Shown here: piece after piece, positions 1 to 9,982 of the stretch | How the letters are laid out: every line of letters begins with the position of its first letter | Position numbering within the stretch: the first letter of the stretch is position 1 | Source: Bacteroidia bacterium | GTDB lineage: Bacteria > Bacteroidota > Bacteroidia > 2-12-FULL-35-15 | Assembly (NCBI GenBank): GCA_036386835.1 | Contig: DASVUX010000028.1 | Coordinates: 66,095-130,094, forward strand | Reading direction: 5' to 3' | DNA length: 64,000 nucleotides | Made by a program: the position numbers and the translations under genes | The notes under the pieces: generated by a model | Databases searched by the model: none | What the model was told of the DNA's origin: nothing | What the model saw: the letters and a program-made list of their open reading frames with translations, nothing else

Positions 1-1248
1 CGTAATGCAGCCAACCTGATGGTGCTTATAAAGCTTTGCATTATTCTGCTTGTTATTGCAGTCGGTGTTTTCTATGTTGATACTGATAACTGGGACCCGT
101 TCGCACCTAACGGACTTGGTGGTGTTTTAAAGGGGGTTTCCGCTGTTTTCTTTGCTTACATTGGTTTCGATGCGATCTCTACAACCGCTGAAGAATGCAA
201 GAATCCCCAGCGCGACCTTCCGGGGGGAATGATGTGGGCGATCATTATCTGCACAGTCTTATATATTATTATTGCATTGGTGCTTACAGGAATGGTAAGC
301 TACAGCGAGCTCAATGTAGGTGACCCGTTGGCTTTTGTTTTCCAGAAGCTGAACCTGAAATGGATGTCGGGTATCATTGCTGTCAGCGCGGTTGTTGCCA
401 TGGCGAGTGTGCTGCTGGTTTTCCAGATGGGACAACCCCGCATCTGGATGAGCATGAGCCGTGACGGCTTATTGCCTAAGAGGTTTTCGAGGATCCACCC
501 TAAGTACAAGACTCCTTCTTTCGCCACGATCGTGGTAGGATTTGTTGTTGCTGTCCCCGCATTGTTCATGAACCTCACAATGGTTACCGACCTTTGCAGC
601 ATCGGTACATTATTCGCTTTTGTGCTGGTGTGTGCTGGCGTACTCGTATTGCAGAATAAAAAAGATATTCCGCGGGGCAAATTTAAAACGCCTTACCTGA
701 ATGCAAAATACATCATGCCACTGCTGCTGGTAATTGCAATAGTGCTTTCCTTTACTTTGAACAAGGAGGCGAGCATTGCATTCCTTACCAATGAAAAACA
801 ATTGAATGATCCGGCAACCATAGTTACTTCGCTTCCGGGGAATAACATCGATGCAACAAGACAATATCTCCTGCAAACTGACAGCGCTGCCTTTGTTTCT
901 CAGAACTCAGATATTGAAACTTATTTAAGCAGCCTGGATGAGACAAAGTATGCGGCTGTGATCAGCGGGCTTCCTGTGGATGAACACCTTAAATACGAAT
1001 CGGGAATCAGCTTATTTAAACACAAGATCCCGATGTGGATCTTTATTATCATTTCGTTTTTACTTGCTGTATGGGCATTCAGGGCAAACCTCTCGCTGAT
1101 CCCTTTACTGGGACTTATCAGCTGTTTGTACATGATGGCCGAACTGGGAGTTTCCAACTGGATCGGTTTTGGGATCTGGCTGCTAGTCGGGCTTCTCATT
1201 TATTTTGGCTACAGCAGAAAGAACAGTAAGCTGAAAGCTTCGAATTAA
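1..1248 (+). CDS. Amino-acid permease, APC/cationic amino-acid transporter family. 5' partial: the ORF is open to the window edge.
   Basis: Multi-TM protein with APC-type motifs ('FAYIGFDAISTTAEE', C-terminal TM pair). The ORF frame stays open from position 1. Confidence 0.8.
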   Translation, partial: RNAANLMVLIKLCIILLVIAVGVFYVDTDNWDPFAPNGLGGVLKGVSAVFFAYIGFDAISTTAEECKNPQRDLPGGMMWAIIICTVLYIIIALVLTGMVSYSELNVGDPLAFVFQKLNLKWMSGIIAVSAVVAMASVLLVFQMGQPRIWMSMSRDGLLPKRFSRIHPKYKTPSFATIVVGFVVAVPALFMNLTMVTDLCSIGTLFAFVLVCAGVLVLQNKKDIPRGKFKTPYLNAKYIMPLLLVIAIVLSFTLNKEASIAFLTNEKQLNDPATIVTSLPGNNIDATRQYLLQTDSAAFVSQNSDIETYLSSLDETKYAAVISGLPVDEHLKYESGISLFKHKIPMWIFIIISFLLAVWAFRANLSLIPLLGLISCLYMMAELGVSNWIGFGIWLLVGLLIYFGYSRKNSKLKASN

Positions 1249-1267
1249 TTCATATTATATAGTTCAG

Positions 1268-1294
1268 AAGCCCTGCACTTGCGGGGCTTTTTTA
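1268..1294 (+). terminator. Intrinsic terminator after the permease gene
   Basis: Stem aagccc/gggctt (1268-1273 / 1284-1289) followed by a T-run at 1288-1294. Confidence 0.5.
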
Positions 1295-1394
1295 TTACAT
1301 AAAATGTCCCTAAATCGTATCTTTGTTAGAACCAAAATTAATCAAGGCACAGCATAACCTATTAACTTTTAACCCATAACTATTAACTCAAAAA

Positions 1395-2147
1395 ATGATA
1401 GCATTTATTACAGGCGCAACGGCAGGAATTGGAAGGGCAACATCCGAACTCTTTGCGAAGAACGGATATAACATTATCATCACAGGCCGGAGAAAGGAAC
1501 GTCTTGAAGAATTCTCTGCACATTTGAGGAACACCTATAAAATTGATGTATTGGCATTGAGCTTTGATGTAAGAGTACTTGCAGAAGTTGAACAATCGAT
1601 CGCCTCTATTCCGGCCGAGTGGAAAAAGATAAATGTACTGGTGAACAATGCAGGACTGGCGGTGGGACTCAACAATATCCAGGAAGGTGTTATTGACGAT
1701 TGGGAAAGAATGATCGATACGAACGTGAAAGGGTTACTTTACATGACGCGCAGCATTGCCCCGATCATGATCAGCAATGGTTCAGGGCATATCATCAATA
1801 TCGGATCCATCGCAGGAAAAGAGGTTTACGCTAACGGAAATGTTTACTGCGCCACCAAACATGCGGTGGATGCATTGAATAAAGGCATGCGCATCGACCT
1901 TCTTCCTCATAATATAAAAGTTACGGCAGTGAACCCGGGCATGGTAGATACGGAATTCTCGGTTGTCAGGTTTAAAGGTGATGACGAACGCGCAAAGAAT
2001 GTTTATAAGGGCATGCAGCCGCTTAAAGCGGAAGATATTGCTGAAACGATTTATTGGGCTGCGAGCAGGCCTGCGCACGTTAACATTAATGATATAGTTA
2101 TTATGCCTGCGGTCCAGGCAAATGCAACTACTACTATCAGAAAATAA
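1395..2147 (+). CDS. SDR-family NADP-dependent oxidoreductase (YdfG/serine 3-dehydrogenase-like)
   Basis: N-terminal 'ITGATAGIGRA' Rossmann motif and YxxxK active-site region ('YCATKHAV'), characteristic of classical SDRs. Confidence 0.85.
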   Translation: MIAFITGATAGIGRATSELFAKNGYNIIITGRRKERLEEFSAHLRNTYKIDVLALSFDVRVLAEVEQSIASIPAEWKKINVLVNNAGLAVGLNNIQEGVIDDWERMIDTNVKGLLYMTRSIAPIMISNGSGHIINIGSIAGKEVYANGNVYCATKHAVDALNKGMRIDLLPHNIKVTAVNPGMVDTEFSVVRFKGDDERAKNVYKGMQPLKAEDIAETIYWAASRPAHVNINDIVIMPAVQANATTTIRK

Positions 2148-2221
2148 CATACCCTTTTTTTTACCAGGGAGGCACGGAGAACACAAAAAAACACAGAGAG
2201 AAAGTATCAGATATAATCAAT

Positions 2222-3970
2222 ATGAAAACAAACAGCAGTTATACAAAGTCGTTCTCCGTTCAGGTCTATGTTCTCTGTGCCTCCGTGATCCTTTTTTCTC
2301 TTCCCTCCTGCTCAAACAAACAAAAAGCCGATCTCATTCTTCATAACGGAGTGATCTACACTGTTGATTCCGCATTCAGTAATGCACAAAGCTTTGCAGT
2401 TAAGGATGGAAAATTAATTGCGGTAGGAACAAACGAAGAAATACTTTCCAAATACGAAGCTAAAGAAACCATCGATGTTGAAGGAAAAGCAGTATATCCG
2501 GGCTTCATCGATTCACATTGTCATTTTTATGGCTATGGCGAAGGCCTGCAGCGTGTTGATCTTGTAGGTACTAAATCCTTTGATGAAGTTGTTGACCGTG
2601 TTGTAAAATATTCACGGGAACATCCGGACGCAAAATGGATCATTGGCCGTGGCTGGGACCAGAATGACTGGACAGTGAAAGAATATCCTAAACGATACAG
2701 GCTTGATAAATTATTTCCTTCTACACCTGTCTTCCTCGAACGGATAGATGGGCATGCGGCCCTTGCAAATGCTGAGGCACTACGACATGCAGGAATATCT
2801 GTTTCGTCTGCAACCGAAGGCGGAGTAATTGAAATGGACCAGGTCACTGCGGAACAGGGTGCAGAATATCAATGGTCGGAACAGCGGGAAAACAAGGAAC
2901 TCAAAAACATTTCATATCCGGTTACAATGCCAAGCGGTATCCTGGTGGACAATGCTGTTGATCTTGTAAAAAAGGTAATTCCAAAACCCTCAAAAAGCAA
3001 TATTAAAGACGCCCTGCTTGCAGCTCAAAGGAATTGCTTTGGGGCGGGACTTACCACAGTGGTTGATGCCGGGCTCGAAAAGAACATAATAGATGCGATT
3101 GATGAATTCCATAAAAGCGGGGAATTAAAAATGCGTATTTATGCAATGCTGACTGACAACAAGGAAAATAAAGACCATTATCTGAAAAATGGAATTTATA
3201 AAACGGACCGCCTCAATGTCCGCTCATTCAAATTCTATGGTGACGGGGCTCTTGGCTCCCGTGGGGCATGCCTGCTGAAGCCTTATTCCGACAAACCCGG
3301 AGAACGCGGTTTCCTCCTGAGCAAACCTGGACATTTCGACAGCGCTGCAGTGCTTATGATGGACCACGGATTCCAGATGAACACACATTGCATCGGAGAT
3401 TCTGCAGTGAAGCTGATGATCAATATCAATGGGCGCTTTTCCCCTGAAAACAATACCATACACCGCTGGCGGATCGAACATTCCCAGGTTATAGCACCAG
3501 AGGACCTTGTTCACTTCAACGGTTTTATTCCTTCGGTCCAGCCAACTCATGCCACTTCCGACATGTACTGGGCGAAAGACCGTTTAGGTGAGCGTGTTAA
3601 ATATGCTTACGCGTATAATGACTTATTAAAGGCTTCAGGAATGATCGCGCTTGGAACCGATTTCCCGGTGGAACACATTAACCCGATGTTCACTTTTTAT
3701 GCAGCTGTTGCACGCAAGGATCTCAAAGGCTTCCCGGCAGGCGGATTCCAGGTGGAAAATGCCTTGTCACGGGAAAACACTCTTCGCGGAATGACGATCT
3801 GGGGAGCATTTGCAAACTTTGAGGAAAATGAAAAAGGGAGTATTGAAAAAGGCAAGTTCGCTGATTTTGTAATCCTGGATAAAGATATCATGAAGTGTGA
3901 CATTGATAGTGTGCCCAGGGTGAAGGTTATTTATACTTATGTTAACGGGGAAAAGGTTTTTTCTCGTTAA
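2222..3970 (+). CDS. Amidohydrolase-family metal-dependent hydrolase (YtcJ-like), probable lipoprotein
   Basis: Signal peptide plus lipobox ('LPSCS'). 'HCHFYGYG' metal-binding motif and the length are typical of Amidohydro_3. Confidence 0.8.
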   Translation: MKTNSSYTKSFSVQVYVLCASVILFSLPSCSNKQKADLILHNGVIYTVDSAFSNAQSFAVKDGKLIAVGTNEEILSKYEAKETIDVEGKAVYPGFIDSHCHFYGYGEGLQRVDLVGTKSFDEVVDRVVKYSREHPDAKWIIGRGWDQNDWTVKEYPKRYRLDKLFPSTPVFLERIDGHAALANAEALRHAGISVSSATEGGVIEMDQVTAEQGAEYQWSEQRENKELKNISYPVTMPSGILVDNAVDLVKKVIPKPSKSNIKDALLAAQRNCFGAGLTTVVDAGLEKNIIDAIDEFHKSGELKMRIYAMLTDNKENKDHYLKNGIYKTDRLNVRSFKFYGDGALGSRGACLLKPYSDKPGERGFLLSKPGHFDSAAVLMMDHGFQMNTHCIGDSAVKLMININGRFSPENNTIHRWRIEHSQVIAPEDLVHFNGFIPSVQPTHATSDMYWAKDRLGERVKYAYAYNDLLKASGMIALGTDFPVEHINPMFTFYAAVARKDLKGFPAGGFQVENALSRENTLRGMTIWGAFANFEENEKGSIEKGKFADFVILDKDIMKCDIDSVPRVKVIYTYVNGEKVFSR

Positions 3971-4011
3971 TTTTACAAAGAGGAACAGAGGAAGGAGAAT
4001 CACGGAGATTT

Positions 4012-4416
4012 ATGACACAAAAATATATAAACGAGCTTTCATACAAGATTATTGGCTGCGCAATAGAATTACACAAGCAAATGGGACCAGGCTTATTGGA
4101 ATTGTATGAGGAGTGCATGATTGAAGAATTAAAAGCTACCGGCCTAAGTGTAAGATCGCAAATAGCAGTGCCAATTTCGTACAAATCTAAAAAACTGGGA
4201 ACACCCTTAAAACCGGACCTTCTGGTAAACGATACAATAATCGTTGAACTCAAAGCGGTTGAAACAGTGATTCCAGTTCATAAAGCTATTCTTATTTCTT
4301 ATTTAAAGCTTTCAGGAAAAACCAGAGGTCTACTGATAAATTTTCACACTGAAAATATGTCCAATGCAACTACTTCATTAATCACAGATGAATTTTCAAA
4401 ACTGCCCCTACAATGA
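4012..4416 (+). CDS. GxxExxY family protein (PD-(D/E)xK-like)
   Basis: Starts 'YKIIGCAIELHKQMGPGLLELYEECM', the hallmark of the Bacteroidetes GxxExxY family. Confidence 0.7.
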   Translation: MTQKYINELSYKIIGCAIELHKQMGPGLLELYEECMIEELKATGLSVRSQIAVPISYKSKKLGTPLKPDLLVNDTIIVELKAVETVIPVHKAILISYLKLSGKTRGLLINFHTENMSNATTSLITDEFSKLPLQ

Positions 4417-5156
4417 AACACTCTGTGATCTTCTGTTTTCTCCGCTCCTCTGTGTTAAGCTTACTGCTCCTGCTTTCTGGCTTTTCTTACTCACAGGAAG
4501 GCCGTAAAACGAAAAGACTGAAGCATCGCATAAGTGCCGGGCCGGTAATATCAATCATTAAAAATGATCCGCACTTTACGGTGAACACAAAAGCAAAGGC
4601 TGGCTGGAACCTTGCATACAAGGCGGAGATCCTTCTCGGCAGGAAAACGAACCTGATGGTGGGCCTTGAATACATGAGCCAGGGCTTGCAATTTAACGGA
4701 TATTATGCCGATACCGGATATACATTCTTATATGATGAGTCTTTTGCTTATACACATGAGCTACGTTACAATGAAGCGCAATTACCAATCGCATTAAAGC
4801 TTGCGCTGAATAAAGATAAAGAGATACCTGTCACCGCATACCTTTTCGGGGGCATCGGGTTCCGGTATATTGTAAATTCATATATTGTCATTGCTTCCGA
4901 TTCAACAGAAACAACTCCTTATGACGGCAAAGGGAGCATCGGGTTCGAGCATGAGATCGTAACCAAAGGCTTCAACGCATTTTACCATGCAGGTTTTGGC
5001 CTGCAGAAGAATCTTAAAGAATCCAATAAGTCTGTTTTTCTTGAGCTTACTTTTAAAAGGGCGATCTCAAGGGTGCATTACTCCGGCCACAACAACTCCA
5101 ACAACATAAACTTCCGGGATAACAATCTCGCCATCACCGTTGGGCTCCGGCTTTAG
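4413..5156 (+). CDS. Outer-membrane beta-barrel protein (porin-family / OMP_b-brl-like)
   Basis: Signal peptide, alternating amphipathic strands, and a C-terminal 'ITVGLRL' barrel-closing motif. ATGA overlap with the upstream gene. Confidence 0.55.
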   Translation: MKHSVIFCFLRSSVLSLLLLLSGFSYSQEGRKTKRLKHRISAGPVISIIKNDPHFTVNTKAKAGWNLAYKAEILLGRKTNLMVGLEYMSQGLQFNGYYADTGYTFLYDESFAYTHELRYNEAQLPIALKLALNKDKEIPVTAYLFGGIGFRYIVNSYIVIASDSTETTPYDGKGSIGFEHEIVTKGFNAFYHAGFGLQKNLKESNKSVFLELTFKRAISRVHYSGHNNSNNINFRDNNLAITVGLRL

Positions 5157-5193
5157 CGTACAATAATCAAAACACCTTTTCCGTTAGCCTGAG

Positions 5194-5796
5194 ATGCCTA
5201 AATATGTAATCCTCCTGCTTCTTGCTTATTCCCTGGCAATCTCTGCCCAGGGGCGAGCCTGGGACCCTGCGATTATTGCAAGAGCAAACACTGCCGGGAA
5301 TGCGGCTTACCTTAGTGCGGAGGAGAAGAAAGTAATTCTGTATGTAAACCTGGTGCGTTTAGATCCGAAGCTTTTTGCGGAAACGTACTTAAAGCACTAT
5401 CTCGACTCTGCAGGCGATAATAATTCTTATACAAAATCACTTCTCAAAACGCTTCTGACTACCCCCGCGATGGGGGCCCTGTCAACGGATGAAGTGATTT
5501 GCCGTTTTTCAAAGGACCATGCAATCAGGTCGGGAAAAGAAAACAAGATCGGCCATGCAAATTTCAAAGACAGGATTAAAGAGATTAAAAAGAACTATGG
5601 AGGTTATTTTGCAGAAAACTGTGATTACGGGAATGAGAAGGCATTTGATATAGTGCTGGGCCTTCTCATTGATGAAGGGGTCCAAAGCCTTGGGCACCGG
5701 AAGAATATACTTAACCCTGTTTACAAATCAATCGGTGTATCGATTAAACCCCATAAAGGTTATAAATGGAACTGCGTTATGAACCTTGGAGCCTGA
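5194..5796 (+). CDS. Secreted CAP-domain (SCP/PR-1/YkwD-like) protein
   Basis: Signal peptide and a CAP signature region ('GHRKNILNP...IGVS'). Confidence 0.65.
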   Translation: MPKYVILLLLAYSLAISAQGRAWDPAIIARANTAGNAAYLSAEEKKVILYVNLVRLDPKLFAETYLKHYLDSAGDNNSYTKSLLKTLLTTPAMGALSTDEVICRFSKDHAIRSGKENKIGHANFKDRIKEIKKNYGGYFAENCDYGNEKAFDIVLGLLIDEGVQSLGHRKNILNPVYKSIGVSIKPHKGYKWNCVMNLGA

Positions 5797-5805
5797 GCAG
5801 TTTCC

Positions 5806-6159
5806 TCACGCTTTTTTTAAGCTGACGGCTTCCTTAACCCATTTCTTAATTTGAGCAGCAGGAATATCCTTTTCAGTCCTGATCTTGATATGGCGCATAC
5901 CTTTCCCTGTTCCTTCAAACAGCTGCTTGGGATCCGACAATGAAGTAGCCTGCATGAACCCGAGGTTTACATAATCAAGGCCTGAATAGGAATATACAAA
6001 TGCAAGGTTGGTTTTCCCGCTTACAAACGTAAGCTGTTTCCATTTAATTGCTTCAGTAACTTCTTTGTTTGATGAAAGAACGATATCCCTGACTAACATT
6101 ATCAGCTTCCGCTTATCTTCAGGAAGTGCAGCGAGGAATTGTTGAACTTTAGGATCCAT
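5806..6159 (-). CDS. DUF1801 (YdhG-like) domain protein
   Basis: Size and sequence pattern ('KQLTFVSGKTNLAFVYSYSGLDYVNLGF') typical of DUF1801. Confidence 0.65.
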   Translation of the reverse strand: MDPKVQQFLAALPEDKRKLIMLVRDIVLSSNKEVTEAIKWKQLTFVSGKTNLAFVYSYSGLDYVNLGFMQATSLSDPKQLFEGTGKGMRHIKIRTEKDIPAAQIKKWVKEAVSLKKA

Positions 6160-6175
6160 TATGGTTAATTGGAAA

Positions 6176-6721
6176 TTATTTTTCTGTCATGAGTTTCAGC
6201 AGCTCATTGGTAGTGCGCCAGTTCCTTGTGGTGGCCTTGATTTTCAGTTTACTTTCAAAAAAATTATTGCTGAGCTTGGTTTCACCATAACCACCGGGGC
6301 AATAAAGATAAACGGTAGTGCCTGCAATACTGTATCTGTCCGATGATCCTTCAGGAAGACTGATCTTCTCTTCCAGTTCCTTCGGAGGGGCTTCGGCAAG
6401 AAAAGTAAAATAGAGCTTCTCATGCACAACATTCTTTTCTTTTACGAATGGGTTTTTAGTGATGGCATTCTCCAATTCTTTCTTATTAACCACCACAACC
6501 GGAACATCAAAACCAAACGTTTCCATTATCTTTTTTGAGATCTTTTTTGAAAGGGCAGCGGCATCCGTTGCATTGCTTTCGAACAATACATTCCCGCTCT
6601 GGATGTATGTTCTCACGTTCTTAAACTTCATGTCCTCAAACATTGCTTTCAGCTCCGCCATCGGAACTTTTTTTTGACCGCTTACATTAATACCGCGGAG
6701 CATTGCCAGTAAAGTTTCCAT
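6176..6721 (-). CDS. DUF1697 domain protein
   Basis: N-terminus 'LLAMLRGINVSGQKKVPMAELKAMFE...VRTYIQSGNVLFE' is the DUF1697 signature. Confidence 0.7.
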   Translation of the reverse strand: METLLAMLRGINVSGQKKVPMAELKAMFEDMKFKNVRTYIQSGNVLFESNATDAAALSKKISKKIMETFGFDVPVVVVNKKELENAITKNPFVKEKNVVHEKLYFTFLAEAPPKELEEKISLPEGSSDRYSIAGTTVYLYCPGGYGETKLSNNFFESKLKIKATTRNWRTTNELLKLMTEK

Positions 6722-6809
6722 TAATTGTCTTTTAGTTGATGGTGATTTTCACACTGCCCATACTGTCAATTCAGTATCAGCATTCCCTAGTTCACAGTAT
6801 TAACGCATT

Positions 6810-7307
6810 TTATTCTGCGGCAGCCTGGATCAGTTCAGCGATATCAAGTTTTTTCATGCGGAGCATTGCACGCATCACCTTCTGCGCTTTATCCTTATCC
6901 TGGTCCTGCATCAGCTCATCAAGGATCACAGGCACCACCTGCCAAGAAACACCAAATTTATCTTTCAGCCAGCCACATTGCTGCGCATTCTTATCACCGC
7001 CTTCGGAAAGTTTGTTCCAGTAGTAATCCAATTCTTCCTGGGTTTCGCAATTGACAACAAATGAGATTGCCTCATTGAATTTAAAGTGCGGACCTCCGTT
7101 CAGCCCGGTGAATTGCTGACCTTCAATGGTAAAATTTACCGTCATTACTGTACCTTCAGGCATACCGTGAATTTCAAAACCTTCTTTCCCATAATAACTT
7201 ACCCGGTCAACGGAGGAATTTTTAAAAATGGAAACATAATACCGTGCAGCTTCTTCCGCCTGCCGGTCGAACCAAAGGTTAGAAACAATTTTCTGAGTAA
7301 TTGCCAT
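6810..7307 (-). CDS. VOC / glyoxalase-superfamily protein (PhnB / 3-demethylubiquinone-9 3-methyltransferase-like domain)
   Basis: 'SNLWFDRQAEEAARYYVSIF...FGVSWQVVP' PhnB-like pattern. Confidence 0.75.
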   Translation of the reverse strand: MAITQKIVSNLWFDRQAEEAARYYVSIFKNSSVDRVSYYGKEGFEIHGMPEGTVMTVNFTIEGQQFTGLNGGPHFKFNEAISFVVNCETQEELDYYWNKLSEGGDKNAQQCGWLKDKFGVSWQVVPVILDELMQDQDKDKAQKVMRAMLRMKKLDIAELIQAAAE

Positions 7308-7351
7308 AGCTTTATATTTTTTAAGTAAAATTTACAGAACGTAAAACCAGT

Positions 7352-9982
7352 TTATTCCCCGATCTTAAATCCCAGGCTACCGCCAAGCGTTCGTTTTTGC
7401 GACTGAAGATCGAATTCTTTTACATCATTGAGCGTAAGCGTAGCAAGGTGCAACGGTGTCCTTTCCGCAGCAGGCATTCCCGCAAGCCGGAGGTTCTGGT
7501 TCTTTATTGCCTCGGTAACAACCTGCCGGACTGTGCGCGCATTTCCGAAATGTTTATCCCTGTTAGAATGCAGGTAAGTGAAATAATTTTTCAGATGATC
7601 TTCTGCTTCAGCATCAGGAGTAATGTTTTCCTTTGCAAGTAAGTTTATTGCAATGGCATGCATGTCTTCCGGGCTGTAATCCGCAAAGTGGAAAGTCCGG
7701 TCGAAACGTGATTTCAATCCCGGATTGGATTCAATAAACTCATTCATATTATCCGTATAACCTGCCACGATCACACCGAACTGCCCACGGAGGTCTTCCA
7801 TCCTTTTCAGTATGACCTGTATGGCTTCCTGGCCATAGCTGTCATTCGAGTTTTTCCCTGCAAGTGCATAAGCCTCATCAATAAAGAGGATCCCTCCCTG
7901 CGCTTCATCGATCTTTACTCCGGTTTTAATAGCGGTCTGGCCAGTGTAACCCGCTACAAGCGCTTCCCGGTCCACTTCAACAATATGGCCTCTTTCCAGC
8001 AAGCCGAGCCCTTTATAGATCTTGGCGACAATCCTAGCAACAGTAGTTTTACCTGTCCCGGGATTCCCTGTAAAAATACTGTGAAGAGAGAACTTATTAA
8101 GAACATCCCTTCCTGTTTCTTTATAAAAACGGACAAGCTTCACCAGCTCATTGATCTCCTCTTTAACGTTATTCATTCCGGTAAGGCTGTTTAACTCAGC
8201 AAGGCCTTCCTTCAGTAATTTTTCATTTACTTCCAGGCTTAGTTTTTTCTTACCCTGTGCAGCAAATACTTTCTCCATATCTTCCAGTTCAATGGTAGAC
8301 AGCTCATCGTTGGTCATTTCAGCCACATTCGGATGGCCCATAAGCCGCAAGCCCAGGTTCATCTTTGCTTCATCCACCAGTGAATACACATAACGCGCAT
8401 TACCGAAAGATTTATCGCGTGTCCTGTAAACTTCAACAAGCATCTCCTGCATGAAGGTCTTCGCCTCTTCTGTGATCTTCACATCTTTCTTCTGGGCTGC
8501 CAGCTCTGCAATAGCGAACATCTCTTCAGGCATATAATCTTCAAAATGGAAATACTGGCTGAAACGTGATTTCAGGCCTGGGTTAGCATCTATAAAGTGC
8601 TGCATCTCCTTCGGGTAACCTGCGCACATGATAGCGATGTCACCGGTACCGTCACTCATTTCCCTGATCAGGATCTCAAGTACCTCATGGCCAAAATCAT
8701 TTGAATCTTCTTTTGCACGTGTAAGGGAATAAGCTTCGTCTATGAATAATATCCCCCCTTTAGCCTCTTCTATCACCTTTTTAACTTTCGGTGCAGTTTG
8801 TCCGATGTACTGGGCAACAAGGTCGGAACGGTCCACTTCTTTCACATGGCCCTTGGTGAGAAGCCCCATTTTCTTATACAGCTTCCCGAGCATGTTCACA
8901 ACAGTTGTTTTTCCTGTGCCCGGATTTCCTGTAAACACGCTGTGCAGACTGATCTTGCCGGCATCGGCAAACCCCTTTTCCTTCCGGAGTTTGATAAAGT
9001 TTATATAATTAATGTGATCACGGATATTCTTTTTAACAGCCTCCATTCCGATAAGCTCATCGAGTTTGGACAGCAATTGCTCTATGGTTTCTTCATCGGC
9101 CGGAGGCACGGTTTCAGGACTTTTAACAGCAGTGAGGAGCCCATCCTGGTTGGAAACCAACGGAGTCATCACCCCCTCTTCGAATTCATTGCTCATCTCA
9201 AATGGCACAAGCGCTATGAGCGTGTCCATAAAAACGATCTCTACGGTGTATTTATCATCTTTCCACGAACCGGCAGATTCGCTTCCCCATCCTGCATCAA
9301 AGGTATATACCAGGTCGTTCTTGTTCTTTTCAATGAACCCGGTACGCATCGTCTGGCCTTTCGGTTGTCCGGCATCATCATAAAAATTAAAGAAAAACTC
9401 ATAATTCCAGTCGGATGGGGTTTTCGTTTTAATTTTGAACTCCACCCACAGATAAGGCGTGATGTTCCTGTTCAGTTTTTTATAATAGGTGCGTTCTTTC
9501 TGGTTCCACCCGTCAAAAGCCCCTGAAAACAGTTTTACAGATTCAACGCTGAAATATGGATTTGATGCTGCGGTTACCTTACCTATTTCCTCGACAAAAA
9601 ATTTCTTGGAACCAACAAGATCTCCATCAATATAGCCTTCCCATACATAATCCCCCCGGAACCAGTATGCACCTTCCGTTGCATTTCCCCAGCCGTCCCG
9701 CACATATACAATGTTATCATTCATTGAAATGGTCTGTTCATGTTCAAGAGAGCACAATTCTTTCCGTCCGCCGGAAGTAACATCAAAACATTTCAGTGTG
9801 ATTTTTGCTTTCCAGTCCTGCTCATCAAAAAGCTTATTATAAAAAGAAAATTCGGTTCTCAGGTAAGTGGTCTCGGCACGGTCAAAAACCGTACGGTATT
9901 TTTTAGTAGCATTTGCCATCCATTCGTCCGAGGAGTAAACCTTCATATCCTTGAACTTATAATACTTCGCCATAGTCATCAA
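7352..9982 (-). CDS. Tandem AAA+ ATPase (two CbbX/SpoVK-type modules) with a ~270-aa internally duplicated N-terminal domain of unknown function
   Basis: Two copies of 'LHS(V/I)FTGNPGTGKTTV' Walker A with 'GGILFIDEAY' Walker B and CbbX-like helper regions. The N-terminal region shows a clear two-fold repeat. Confidence 0.85.
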   Translation of the reverse strand: MMTMAKYYKFKDMKVYSSDEWMANATKKYRTVFDRAETTYLRTEFSFYNKLFDEQDWKAKITLKCFDVTSGGRKELCSLEHEQTISMNDNIVYVRDGWGNATEGAYWFRGDYVWEGYIDGDLVGSKKFFVEEIGKVTAASNPYFSVESVKLFSGAFDGWNQKERTYYKKLNRNITPYLWVEFKIKTKTPSDWNYEFFFNFYDDAGQPKGQTMRTGFIEKNKNDLVYTFDAGWGSESAGSWKDDKYTVEIVFMDTLIALVPFEMSNEFEEGVMTPLVSNQDGLLTAVKSPETVPPADEETIEQLLSKLDELIGMEAVKKNIRDHINYINFIKLRKEKGFADAGKISLHSVFTGNPGTGKTTVVNMLGKLYKKMGLLTKGHVKEVDRSDLVAQYIGQTAPKVKKVIEEAKGGILFIDEAYSLTRAKEDSNDFGHEVLEILIREMSDGTGDIAIMCAGYPKEMQHFIDANPGLKSRFSQYFHFEDYMPEEMFAIAELAAQKKDVKITEEAKTFMQEMLVEVYRTRDKSFGNARYVYSLVDEAKMNLGLRLMGHPNVAEMTNDELSTIELEDMEKVFAAQGKKKLSLEVNEKLLKEGLAELNSLTGMNNVKEEINELVKLVRFYKETGRDVLNKFSLHSIFTGNPGTGKTTVARIVAKIYKGLGLLERGHIVEVDREALVAGYTGQTAIKTGVKIDEAQGGILFIDEAYALAGKNSNDSYGQEAIQVILKRMEDLRGQFGVIVAGYTDNMNEFIESNPGLKSRFDRTFHFADYSPEDMHAIAINLLAKENITPDAEAEDHLKNYFTYLHSNRDKHFGNARTVRQVVTEAIKNQNLRLAGMPAAERTPLHLATLTLNDVKEFDLQSQKRTLGGSLGFKIGE

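Noticed and set aside
2122-2346. 74-aa ORF spanning the SDR and amidohydrolase junction
   Set aside because: It overlaps both real genes out of frame and is spurious.
8798-9526. 242-aa plus-strand ORF inside the AAA+ gene
   Set aside because: It is an antisense shadow ORF. The minus-strand frame gives textbook Walker A and Walker B motifs.
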